Below the pieces are notes generated by a model that was not told the origin of the DNA, did not search any database, and saw only the letters and a list, made by a program, of their open reading frames with translations. A stretch of DNA of 35,320 bases from Candidatus Hermodarchaeota archaeon (lineage in GTDB: Archaea > Asgardarchaeota > Hermodarchaeia > Hermodarchaeales > Hermodarchaeaceae). Numbering within the stretch: the stretch's first letter is position 1; every line of letters starts with the position of its first letter. Where the stretch lies: contig JAEOTO010000001.1 of assembly GCA_016839805.1 (NCBI GenBank), positions 1 to 35,320 on the forward strand, read 5' to 3'. Position numbers and translations under genes: made by a program. Below, piece after piece: positions 26,604 to 35,320 of the stretch.

Positions 26604-26736
26604 ACCACCCACTCAACCCGAAACTGAAAGCCACGCTCATTGGTCTCATTTCGAGAATGATTTTTCTAAAATCCAAGCTGAGTAACGATACTGAGATTGA
26701 CCCTGAACCAACACAAAATTTACGAGTTGATCGTAT

Positions 26737-26919
26737 ATGAATGAAAAAACCAACACCCAAGAACAGAAAGAAGGACGTGTTATACGGGATTTACACCGAC
26801 GCCCACGATCCCGAAAACACCGTGAAATTGTTCTACTTTCCGGTGAACGTGTCAACCGAACGAGCATCGGATGGAAGGGCGCAGACAAAGAGGAAGACAC
26901 AGATAATACAGAAGATTAA
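26737..26919 (+). CDS. Small hypothetical protein (60 aa; basic core, acidic tail)
   Basis: GAGTTGA upstream of the ATG; fills the intergenic gap; an overlapping alternative frame exists. Confidence 0.45.
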   Translation: MNEKTNTQEQKEGRVIRDLHRRPRSRKHREIVLLSGERVNRTSIGWKGADKEEDTDNTED

Positions 26920-27128
26920 TCGCGTCTCTTCCGAACTCCCTCTTTTAATGAAATCGTAACAATCAGATAAACATCCAGCTCTCGAGACCTTAGATCTAGG
27001 GCATGTTTGTATCTCAATATTCTAGCCGATTCAAAAAATGAATGATATGCGTTAGGTATTTAGCAATCCTAAAAGTGAAATAAGGCAAGCCTGATTCGCA
27101 GGTCTATCTGCTAACGAGGTAAAACGCC

Positions 27129-27617
27129 ATGAGCGATGAGGAATCAGAACTTCAATCTTTTTTGGCGACTTTAAAGTCGCAATTTACCGTCAACAACTTC
27201 AAAATTCAAGGTAACCTCCTTTCACTTACAACGGACTCTACAACATATGTGGAACTTGCCACGTATCTCAAAGAGCACGATTTTGCACGGTGTTTAACCG
27301 TTTCTGCCACTGACTGGCTAGACACAAATGAATTCGAAATATACTACCTTGTTCACCATCTGAAAAACAACGTATACGTGAAGGTGGCTGTAAGCATTCC
27401 CCGAAACAAACCAGAGATTACAAGCTTATCTACAATCTGGAAATCCGCGGCTATGCATGAACGCGAGATGTGGGAGCTGTTCGGAATCACCTTTGTCGGA
27501 AATATGATGCTCAAGCCTCTATTCCTCGAAGATTGGACGAATCTGCCACCATTACGAAAAGACTTCAACTGGCGTGACTATGTTGCGCAAGAATATTACA
27601 AGACAGAGGAGGAGTAA
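27129..27617 (+). CDS. nuoC: NADH-quinone oxidoreductase subunit C-like (NuoC/MbsK-like)
   Basis: LTVSATDW, EREMWELFGITF.G, PPLRKDF. Confidence 0.9.
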   Translation: MSDEESELQSFLATLKSQFTVNNFKIQGNLLSLTTDSTTYVELATYLKEHDFARCLTVSATDWLDTNEFEIYYLVHHLKNNVYVKVAVSIPRNKPEITSLSTIWKSAAMHEREMWELFGITFVGNMMLKPLFLEDWTNLPPLRKDFNWRDYVAQEYYKTEEE

Positions 27618-27620
27618 GTC

Positions 27621-29633
27621 ATGTCTCAACTTCTTAAAGCAATTAAGACAATCTTGGGTATCGCTGTATCAAAGCCGATGACCTTTTCGTTTCCACCCGA
27701 TATGCCCCTAACTGAGCTACACCGTGGTCGCCAACTATACAAACCCGACTTGTGCAAAGGCTGTAAAATTTGTTCGATGGTATGTCCAAATAATGCAATC
27801 CTGATGGTTGAACGAGAGAAGAGTGAAGAAAATAAAACCGGTCTTCAACCTCAGATTGATTTCCGGAAATGCTGTTTCTGTGGGTTATGTGTAGACAATT
27901 GCCCAACCGGGGCCCTTTCTTTTACTAATTTCCCGATTTTACTGACGATGAAACCGGAAACTCTTAACTACACGCCAGAGATGTTGGCAATACCGCCTAC
28001 GCTGGAGCATCCCGAGGCCCCCAAAATAAAAAATACTGTGTCTTGGGCGCGTTCCAGAAGTATTTGGATCATCAATTACATGACCGGCTGTTGTTTCATT
28101 GAAGCTGTACCTTGGGTCGCCAGTTCCTTCGATATGGAACGCTTCGGGCTTATAGCTGTGGGCTCTCCCCGACACGCAGATGCCATGATCGTCGGTGGTT
28201 ATGTAACGCCAAAAACATTGAAGCGGATTATTCGCATTTACTCACTAATGCCGCAACCAAAATGGGTCATTTCCCTTGGCAATTGCCCTATGACGGGTGG
28301 AACCTATTGGGATAGCTATAACACAATCAAAGACATCAGCAAGTATATTCCTGTAGACATCTGGATTGCCGGATGTCCACCACGCCCTGAGCCCATTGGT
28401 GTTGCTGTTGTCCACGCCATCCAAGCAATTCAAGGCGGCTATATTGGTAAAGAGGAGAAGACGAATACTGATGCTGGCAAAATGAAGCTCCCTACCTATT
28501 CAATATTAGAAGCCGATTCAGGGCAAGCCCAGATGGACTTTGTCTTCGGATCACAACACTCGGCTTCAGGGAACTTCAATATGAGCCTCACATTAGATGG
28601 AGAAACTGTAGTCGATGCTACTCCGAACCCGGGCTACCTCCATCGTGGGTTCGAGAAACTCATGGAATACCGGACATGGCTACAGAACATCATGCTGGTC
28701 CCTCGAATATGTGTGCTTGACGGCGCCTCCTACGAACTAGCCTATAGTGGAGTCTCTGAGAAACTCGCTGGTATCGAGGTCCCTCTGCGAGGACAGTACT
28801 TACGTGTGATTCAGGCGGAACTCTCCCGAATCCAAAGCCACCAAATGAACCTTGGATTTGGCGGAGCTGCAACCGGCTTCGACACCAACGAACGTATCAT
28901 CTGGGGTGATCGCGACCAAGTACTTCTCCTACTTGAAGAACTCACAGGGGCTAGAATCTACCATATTTTCAACACCATTGGAGGCGTCCGACGCGACATA
29001 CAACCAGACTTTCCCACTAAAACAAACCAACTCATTAGTTACCTCCGTAAACGGCTTCAGATCTATGATGACCTCTTCTTTCACAACAAAACCTTTATCG
29101 ACCGGACTCAAGGACTCGGCGTTCTAACCCAAGAAACTGCCATTGCAAACGATGTCACAGGACCAAATCTACGGGCAACCGACGTTGATTTTGATATCCG
29201 AACAGCGACACCCTATGAAGCCTACAAAGACATAGGCGTTAAGGTGGTCACAGCCTCTAAAGGAGACGCCTATCACCGATTTCTCTGTCGGCGACAAGAA
29301 ATCGAAGAGAGCCTCAACATCATTGAACGAGCCCTGGATCAGCTTCCCAGTGGACCCGTTTGTACAACGAAGACACCCGAAGACAAGAAGATTACCTGGC
29401 GCCTAAAAATTCCCCAAGGCGAGGCATTCCATTGCATTGAGGCAGGTCGTGGAGAACTCTGTTTCCACGCAATTAGCACTGGTGAAAATACCCCCTATCG
29501 CGTCAAGGTACGAGGACCAACCTTCGGAACCATTCTCGTCATGTTTCCTAAACTGCTGCATGGTGTGAAAATCGCCGATGTCCCAGTTGTCTATTGGAGT
29601 CTTGACCAGTGCCCAGCAGACCACGACCGATAA
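27621..29633 (+). CDS. Fused NuoI-NuoB-NuoD-like protein (complex I / MBS-type peripheral arm)
   Basis: Two CxxCxxCxxxCP ferredoxin motifs; TGCCFIE...DMERFG...SPRHAD...GNC..GG...GCPPRPE; GYLHRGFEKLME...RICVLD...ELSRIQSH...RGE...KVRGPT...DQCPADHDR. Confidence 0.92.
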   Translation: MSQLLKAIKTILGIAVSKPMTFSFPPDMPLTELHRGRQLYKPDLCKGCKICSMVCPNNAILMVEREKSEENKTGLQPQIDFRKCCFCGLCVDNCPTGALSFTNFPILLTMKPETLNYTPEMLAIPPTLEHPEAPKIKNTVSWARSRSIWIINYMTGCCFIEAVPWVASSFDMERFGLIAVGSPRHADAMIVGGYVTPKTLKRIIRIYSLMPQPKWVISLGNCPMTGGTYWDSYNTIKDISKYIPVDIWIAGCPPRPEPIGVAVVHAIQAIQGGYIGKEEKTNTDAGKMKLPTYSILEADSGQAQMDFVFGSQHSASGNFNMSLTLDGETVVDATPNPGYLHRGFEKLMEYRTWLQNIMLVPRICVLDGASYELAYSGVSEKLAGIEVPLRGQYLRVIQAELSRIQSHQMNLGFGGAATGFDTNERIIWGDRDQVLLLLEELTGARIYHIFNTIGGVRRDIQPDFPTKTNQLISYLRKRLQIYDDLFFHNKTFIDRTQGLGVLTQETAIANDVTGPNLRATDVDFDIRTATPYEAYKDIGVKVVTASKGDAYHRFLCRRQEIEESLNIIERALDQLPSGPVCTTKTPEDKKITWRLKIPQGEAFHCIEAGRGELCFHAISTGENTPYRVKVRGPTFGTILVMFPKLLHGVKIADVPVVYWSLDQCPADHDR

Positions 29634-29805
29634 CACATTACAGACAGCTTACTCCAATCTTAAAATATTCCTAAACATACTTGGAAACATAATTCACCAA
29701 TTTTTACGCACCCATCACGTTCAGGACGTATAAAACAGCAACAACTTTTTGAACACCATAATAACCAGGTTGAAGAACTCATACTCTATTTGTTGATGTG
29801 GTTCT

Positions 29806-30273
29806 ATGAAACGTTTAGTCACATATTATTCACGAACTGGAACAACAAAACGGATTGGCGAAGAAATTGCCACATCCCTTGGAGCAGATTTAGACGAGAT
29901 TCTTGATCAGAAGAGTCGGAAAGGCATTATCGGATGGCTTAGGGCTGGCAGAGACAGCCAAACGTATAAAATGACTGAAATTAAGGTTCAAAAGAACCCC
30001 AATGACTATGATATGATTATCATTGGTACACCAATTTGGGCAAACAACTTGACCCCCCCTGTCAGAACTTATCTTACACAATACTCATTCAAAGGAAAAA
30101 AGGTCGCATTTTTTACTACTCAAGGTGGAGATGAGCCCATAGACGCCTTAGCTGAAATGAAAGAGAGGGTCGCGGAATCGGAGATCATTGCAACACTGAG
30201 CATAAAGCAAAACTTTGTCAAAACAAATAATTATGAAGCCCGACTTTCATCGTTTCTAGAACATCTAAGATAA
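29806..30273 (+). CDS. Flavodoxin family protein
   Basis: YYSRTGTT, IIGTPIW, GKKVAFFTTQGG. Confidence 0.9.
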   Translation: MKRLVTYYSRTGTTKRIGEEIATSLGADLDEILDQKSRKGIIGWLRAGRDSQTYKMTEIKVQKNPNDYDMIIIGTPIWANNLTPPVRTYLTQYSFKGKKVAFFTTQGGDEPIDALAEMKERVAESEIIATLSIKQNFVKTNNYEARLSSFLEHLR

Positions 30274-30407
30274 TACATCGGAAGGATATCGTCAACTCAC
30301 TAAATGCGAATGGCTAACAATTTTTTCATAACAGCTAACCCAAAATATTACAACGATTCAAATGGTAACGAGTCATCCAAATATCATGCTAAAGGGAAGC
30401 TTTTCAC

Positions 30408-31013
30408 TTGACGACAAGACCCACAAAACTTCAACACCCAGATATTAACCTTGAAGCCATTCTCGCCCTAATCGGAGTCCTTCTTGGTTTCCTCTTCATT
30501 GTGATAATTTACTTCCTCGAATACCCTGATGACGCTCTAACCACATGGGGAATGCCCCTCATCATGTTTCTAACCATCTGCTACGCCTTAGGCCTTGTCA
30601 TCATAGGATCGATCATAAGTTACGAAATTAATTTTTACTTAGCTAATCAAACCCTCAAAATGGACGCCGACAACTTCCCAGCAACGAAATTCACTGAACT
30701 GAAACAAAATACTCAACGAACCATTCGGCGAAGTATCCAAATGCTTCTCTATTTTATTTTCAGCTTTGGTTTATTCCTAATCAATTTAGCGAGTTTCGCC
30801 GCTGCTAAGTTCTTCTATCCCACATTTGTCAAAATTGAAGGTTCTATCCTACTGCTCTTCGGTCCAATAGCTCTCATCTTAATCCGATTACTGGTCATGT
30901 TCTTAGTCCAATTAATTCTAATAATTCCCTTTTCTAAATTCCAAGGCGATCTCTGGGAATCATACAAAACCATTGAACTTCTTCAGATCAAAAACAAAGA
31001 ATCTGAACTGTAA
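30408..31013 (+). CDS. Hypothetical 4-TM membrane protein
   Basis: Four hydrophobic segments; no recognised motif. Confidence 0.7.
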   Translation: MTTRPTKLQHPDINLEAILALIGVLLGFLFIVIIYFLEYPDDALTTWGMPLIMFLTICYALGLVIIGSIISYEINFYLANQTLKMDADNFPATKFTELKQNTQRTIRRSIQMLLYFIFSFGLFLINLASFAAAKFFYPTFVKIEGSILLLFGPIALILIRLLVMFLVQLILIIPFSKFQGDLWESYKTIELLQIKNKESEL

Positions 31014-31220
31014 TCACAATCGTTAGTCTTCAAAGCCAATTGAAAAGAGAACCTCCAAGCTTACTAGCTTACTCTAGCCAATATTTCTTAACTCGAATGG
31101 ATACTACCCTGCTGGCTTTTTCTCTTACCATTAAAATTTTAGTAAAACTAGGATGTAAAGAAATATGTGAGCATACAATATTATGTCGGCAGATCAACAA
31201 TTAGACGTAAGTGAGCCAAA

Positions 31221-32501
31221 TTGGAGTTATGGTTACTTATTTTAATTATTTTTTTCATAACCGTGTTGTTAATTATAACACAGAGGGTTCACCATACAAC
31301 AGCAGCATTGATTGGAGCGGTATTAGCCTCGATTGCGCTAATATTGAATGGTATCCCAGGAGAAGCAATATTAGCAATGGTGCGCTTAGAACCGATTCTT
31401 GTCATTACCGGAATGACCGTAGTGGCCGAGGTGATACGGGGAGCTGGAGTGTTTCAGTTTCTCGCCGTGTATTGTATTCGCTTGACTCGCGGGAACCCAA
31501 AAAAACTGTTCATTTTATTTTGCCTACTAACAGCGGTTTTATCGACAGTCTTGATAAATACAGTGGTCATCCTGATAATGGGGTATTTGGTGATATTGAC
31601 ATGTCACGCCCTCAAGCTAAAACCTCATACGTTTCTATTAGGGATAATGTTAGCTGTAGGTGTTGGTGGAGCCTTCACGCTGATTGGCACCTCCTCAAAT
31701 GTAATCGTTGCTGATTACGCAGGATTCAATTTCGGTTACTACATAATCCGATTTGGTGGGTTAGCACTCATTGTGTTCGCAGCGACGTTGGTTATCCTGT
31801 TTTTTATTATCCGACGTCAGTTAACCGTAACTGATCCAAAGGCGTTCGAACAAATCATGGAATTAGATCCTTGGATGATGGTACCAAATCGACGTCTGTT
31901 CTTAGTATATGCAGGGCTCTTTGTCCTGCTTATCGCAGCATTTATTGTATTCCCACAGGCATATGTTGTAGCCCTTGCAGGAATGACGATTTTTATGATT
32001 GTAAGTCACGCTGATCCACGGCTGAGCCTTCGTGATGTAGAGTGGGACATTATCTTTTTCATAGGCGGTCTCTTTGTCCTAGCAGGAGCGTTAGAGCTTG
32101 TCGGAATTCTTAGCGTCGTTTCAGGAGCAATTCTCACAGTAAGCGGAGGGCAACTGGTACCTGCATCCTTATTGTTGTTATGGGGAACATGGATCAGTGC
32201 TTTCGTAATTGGTAATTCTCCTGTTGCTACTATCTTTGCTCCTCTTGCCATTGAAATTTCAACCTTAATGGGGTGGCCAATCGGAATACGAGATCCCCTG
32301 TTTTGGGGAGTTGGATTCGGGACTGCTTTAGGTGGAATAGCGACACCCTTTGGAGCAGTACCATTGTTAGTTTTATCAATGATTAGTTTCAAAAATTCAA
32401 AGATGTCCTGGGGTCGATTTTTCATTATCGCAATACTAGTGAACATCCTTCAGATTGGAATCTGTTCAATCTATATTCTATTCCTTGCGCCTCCTGTGTA
32501 A
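31221..32501 (+). CDS. SLC13/ArsB/NhaD (ion transporter superfamily) permease
   Basis: LSTVLINT, GGAFTLIGTSSNVIV, VEWDIIFFIGGLFVL, LGGIATPFGA; about 11-12 TM. Confidence 0.9.
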   Translation: MELWLLILIIFFITVLLIITQRVHHTTAALIGAVLASIALILNGIPGEAILAMVRLEPILVITGMTVVAEVIRGAGVFQFLAVYCIRLTRGNPKKLFILFCLLTAVLSTVLINTVVILIMGYLVILTCHALKLKPHTFLLGIMLAVGVGGAFTLIGTSSNVIVADYAGFNFGYYIIRFGGLALIVFAATLVILFFIIRRQLTVTDPKAFEQIMELDPWMMVPNRRLFLVYAGLFVLLIAAFIVFPQAYVVALAGMTIFMIVSHADPRLSLRDVEWDIIFFIGGLFVLAGALELVGILSVVSGAILTVSGGQLVPASLLLLWGTWISAFVIGNSPVATIFAPLAIEISTLMGWPIGIRDPLFWGVGFGTALGGIATPFGAVPLLVLSMISFKNSKMSWGRFFIIAILVNILQIGICSIYILFLAPPV

Positions 32502-32579
32502 AAACCGCAACCTCTCCCACCCTTAATACCACTAATAGATTACGTACTAAACATTGCGCTATCATCGGTGTTATGAATT

Positions 32580-32804
32580 TTAAGCAGTAGAATCCGGCTC
32601 TTCCAAACCCCACGTAACCCTTTGAAATACCCGTTCTAGCAGATAGTAAACAATGGTCTTGATAAGATTCGCTACGATTGCTATTAAAAGCGACATCTCC
32701 AAACTACCAGTAAACAACCACGCTGCAAGATAAGTGATTGACAACGCTATTGCTCGCCAGGTCAAAGACTTGACTAATGATCGTGTTCGTGTTTCCTTCA
32801 TCAT
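32580..32804 (-). CDS. DUF2061 family membrane protein
   Basis: ETRTRSLVKSLTWR...YYLLERVFQRVTWG; GGAGG RBS. Confidence 0.9.
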   Translation of the reverse strand: MMKETRTRSLVKSLTWRAIALSITYLAAWLFTGSLEMSLLIAIVANLIKTIVYYLLERVFQRVTWGLEEPDSTA

Positions 32805-33047
32805 TTATCCTCCAAATATTCCTTAAATTCATCGTACTGGATAATTGGTTTTTCCAAAGGAAACAATAATAGCATAAAAATGGTTCTTCAATCCACTTCA
32901 ACCCACCTCAAAACCCTTGAAGAAAAACTTCTCTAACCCGTCTAAACGCGCATCCACAGGTATGGTCAATTTAGTAATTTGATTAATTTTTCAAACTAGA
33001 ATACAATTTATCTAACAGGTGTAAGAGAATCTAGGTAGTGAGGGATA

Positions 33048-33791
33048 GTGACTGGTACCAAAGTTGAAGAAAGTCTGCATCGCAAATCTGAGCGACGCGC
33101 GATGCACATCATCACTGATGCTGTATTCGGTCTAGCCCTCGGGCTTGCCGCCTTCAGCCTTGTCGATTACCAAATTACCATTGTAGAAGATGTTTACTTC
33201 GCCATTGGCTTCTTCGCCATAACCTTTTTCCTACTCGTCCTCTTTTGGATCTGGATCCGCCGATTCTTCGAGGATCTCCCTGTCTACGGTGGTGCACAAC
33301 TTGGGATTCTCTTTACACTATGCTTTCTAGTAGCGATTCTACCTTTTATCATGCGATTATTTTTCACAAACATGTATGGAGGCACACCCGAAGTCGCTAC
33401 ATTAGCCCTTGTCGCCCTATATCCCCTCGACATGGGCGCCATCGGACTACTCGTTGGACTATTACACCTGCTCTTCATAAAACAAGCCCGAGCAAGAACC
33501 CCCTGGGACGATTACAAGCACATAGCCTCCGATAGTGTCGCCGCGCTAGCCCTCGGATCCGGATTTCTCGTAACAGCACTAATTCCTCCAATCATGACCT
33601 TTGGAGAACTTCTCCCCATCGGACTCCCTCCCCCTCTGGCCACCCTTCCAGCCCGATTCGGCATTTGGATTCCCATCGCAATCATTTGCGTAATAATCTT
33701 CATTGTAGTGGAAGTTGCACTACGGAGAATGCAACCTACATCACCATTTCCTAATACAACTCCGGACCAAGCGTCAACTTCCACCGATTGA
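33048..33791 (+). CDS. TMEM175/DUF1211-like membrane protein (C-terminus derived from an IS end)
   Basis: RAMHIITDAVFGLALGL resembles the TMEM175 helix 1 (R...FSD.VFAIA.TL); F..TF......W and L...LPF follow; about 6 TM. Confidence 0.65.
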   Translation: MTGTKVEESLHRKSERRAMHIITDAVFGLALGLAAFSLVDYQITIVEDVYFAIGFFAITFFLLVLFWIWIRRFFEDLPVYGGAQLGILFTLCFLVAILPFIMRLFFTNMYGGTPEVATLALVALYPLDMGAIGLLVGLLHLLFIKQARARTPWDDYKHIASDSVAALALGSGFLVTALIPPIMTFGELLPIGLPPPLATLPARFGIWIPIAIICVIIFIVVEVALRRMQPTSPFPNTTPDQASTSTD

Positions 33792-34085
33792 AATTGGTGG
33801 CTTGTACTTCGCGTCCTATTACTGAACACGGTACGTCAGGGTGGTTGACGGCACCCCGGGTTCAATGCGGTCTACGTCATTGAGCCACAGCCATATAATA
33901 TTTGTAGCAGCGACTACATCGGCATTGTTCTGATACTTACACCTTTGACAACGATAGTTGTCACGCCGTCTGTGGCACTTCGAGACCATTCCACATGCGG
34001 GACAGCGTTGTGAGGTGTAAGCTGGATCCACTGTTGTCATAGGAAGACCCAGTTCCTCAGCTTTGTACTCTGTTTCCTTCTCTTC
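33773..34085 (-). mobile_element. IS200/IS605-family right-end remnant (tnpB 3' part plus right end)
   Basis: Minus strand ends CAAG-CCACCAATTTCAATCGGTGG-AAGTTGAC; left part missing. Confidence 0.85.
33819..34085 (-). pseudogene. tnpB: Truncated RNA-guided endonuclease TnpB (Zn ribbon and RuvC-III only)
   Basis: EYKAEELGLPMTTVDPAYTSQRCPACG...YRCQRC...NADVVAATNI; an in-frame stop at 34086-88 bounds it upstream. Confidence 0.9.
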
Positions 34086-34145
34086 CTATCTGCAAGTAGC
34101 TTCAATGTTCAAGCTAAGTCCTCAAAGACGACAATCAGTTGTGAT

Positions 34146-34538
34146 ATGATTCTTCATCCAACACCAGGAGAAGACCCTGATAGGTTTTGGCCATTCCCAC
34201 CAGAGCCCGGCATGACACACATTCGAGGAGGACCTCATGTCGGGTCTTTAACAGGAGACGATTTAGCTTGGGATATTTCCTACGATGGGAATAACAATCT
34301 TGATCTATTCACATTTACTGGTGTGGGCTGGGGACCAATCTTATTCTCAGGAACATGGGACGGCCTAACTGGTACTTTTGAGGGGCAACTGGTCATTCAT
34401 TTTGATAACTTCTATCTTACTGGGAAGTTCGTGTGTCACGGAACTGGTGATTACGAAGGAATGCATCTCAAAGGCACGTTTGAAGTAATGTATGGTACTA
34501 TTCCAACACCAATTGTAATTCACAATCCCCACGGGTAA
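34146..34538 (+). CDS. Beta-rich secreted-type protein, probably 5'-truncated
   Basis: Gly/aromatic beta pattern (GKFVCHGTGDYEGMHLKG); the upstream in-frame sequence encodes a start-less signal peptide, FLLFLSASSFNVQA|K. Confidence 0.65.
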   Translation: MILHPTPGEDPDRFWPFPPEPGMTHIRGGPHVGSLTGDDLAWDISYDGNNNLDLFTFTGVGWGPILFSGTWDGLTGTFEGQLVIHFDNFYLTGKFVCHGTGDYEGMHLKGTFEVMYGTIPTPIVIHNPHG

Positions 34539-34591
34539 TCAAACAGCTGCTAAATTTGCCCTATGAAGCAGATAATCAAACTTGTACTATT

Positions 34592-34624
34592 GGCGGGATT
34601 TCCCGCCCCTCCTCCTTTTTCTCC
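34592..34624 (+). terminator. GC hairpin plus pyrimidine tract between convergent genes
   Basis: GGCGGG-ATTT-CCCGCC followed by CCTCCTCCTTTTTCTCC. Confidence 0.55.
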
Positions 34625-34746
34625 TTGATTAGCGGGTTCTCATGAGACCAAAGAACATTGCTAAAAATATGAGACTCCAACTAAAATGGTGCATAACACA
34701 AAGAAAAACAGCCTGCTTTACCATCAAAAAAACAACATTTCCATAT

Positions 34747-35320
34747 TTAGAAAGTGTTCTGCTTTGGTATTCCTTTGGATTTTTTCCTGATGTAGTGTAT
34801 ACTGAAAGCGCTAATCACTATTGTTCCAACAAATAGACACACAACAAGAAGGACAGTCCCGATAAAGGGTGGGATGAGTTGTGTGAAGAGGTCTCCAATG
34901 CGAATCGCTTTAACAAGAACTGGCTCCTCGCTGATCACGCCCGCCGCTCCGGGTATAACCAGGTCCAGTTCCTCATCGAGATTTAATTTAATGACTTCGT
35001 TAAAGTTGTGCTTCTGATAAATGTAGATATCTCGATGAACAAGATCAAAGATATTACTATACGCCGTTACATCTTCTTGATGAACAGCCTCCAGAATGTC
35101 ACGACATGCTTCAATGGTTAAGTCACCCTCAGAAACAGTCTCATCCAGCATAGAACATGCGGTTTGATAACGCTCACAGGGATAATTGCCATTCGCATAA
35201 TTGGCGAGATTAAAGTTCGTCGACACTAGATGTGTCGCGTTCCCCATACGAGTATATGCCAATTCTCCATTGGTTCCCGCACTTATGACGACGGCATCGC
35301 CTGTCGCATCCGCAAAATGA
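34747..35320 (-). CDS. Ntn-hydrolase (peptidase C45 / choloylglycine hydrolase-like) with C-terminal membrane anchor; 5' part outside the window
   Basis: Frame open to the window edge: HFADATGDAVVIS, STNFN, CERY, TAYSNIFDL; C-terminal TM plus RKK. Confidence 0.8.
   Translation of the reverse strand, partial: HFADATGDAVVISAGTNGELAYTRMGNATHLVSTNFNLANYANGNYPCERYQTACSMLDETVSEGDLTIEACRDILEAVHQEDVTAYSNIFDLVHRDIYIYQKHNFNEVIKLNLDEELDLVIPGAAGVISEEPVLVKAIRIGDLFTQLIPPFIGTVLLVVCLFVGTIVISAFSIHYIRKKSKGIPKQNTF

Noticed and set aside
27621-29633. Group 4 [NiFe]-hydrogenase
   Set aside because: Both Ni-binding CxxC motifs lack their second Cys (RICVLD, DQCPAD), and there are no maturation genes nearby.
31211-31714. 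Overlapping and antisense ORFs (e.g. 31211-31714, 32006-32446, 24447-24743, 8385-8693, 33512-33829)
   Set aside because: Shadow frames of well-supported genes, with no motifs or RBS.
33819-34085. The tnpB remnant as the cognate effector of the two mini-elements
   Set aside because: It is truncated, and its right end (CAAG/TGAC, different scaffold) belongs to another family than the GAAG/TCAC cassettes.

Overview
A mostly ordinary, gene-dense archaeal chromosomal segment. It is probably from an Asgard archaeon; this is inferred from a Rab-like small GTPase, an IPGF-TM-basic C-terminal sorting signal, Asgard-style wHTH and TPR proteins, and GAGGTGA-type RBS with TTTAAA/TTTATA TATA boxes. It starts in the last helices of a 23S rRNA gene with no 5S gene following. 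It then carries about 40 unlinked housekeeping or accessory genes, including a SAM methyltransferase, M19 and M24 peptidases, an AmmeMemoRadiSam radical SAM enzyme, GNATs, TrxB plus PDO, DinB, a Csp, flavodoxins and an SLC13/ArsB permease. The most notable unannotated signal is two related ~220-bp protein-free IS200/IS605 mini-elements (12243-12461 and 17570-17792). Each consists of a CCTTAT flank, a left-end hairpin, a TATA box, an ~140-nt structurally conserved TnpB omegaRNA-like scaffold ending GTAGTTCAC, and a different downstream guide. These look like stand-alone guide-RNA cassettes with no cognate tnpB in the window. A third, unrelated tnpB 3' remnant with its own omegaRNA-like end (33773-34085) has overwritten the end of a TMEM175-like gene. 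Other points of interest: a NuoI-NuoB-NuoD triple fusion with MBS-like single-cysteine motifs and no membrane arm, a TPR-nitrilase fusion, an internally deleted ilvC, a TrxB with a Cys-rich tail, a surface-anchored SOR-like protein, and a long structured csp 5' leader. All calls were made by eye from the sequence; no searches were run.
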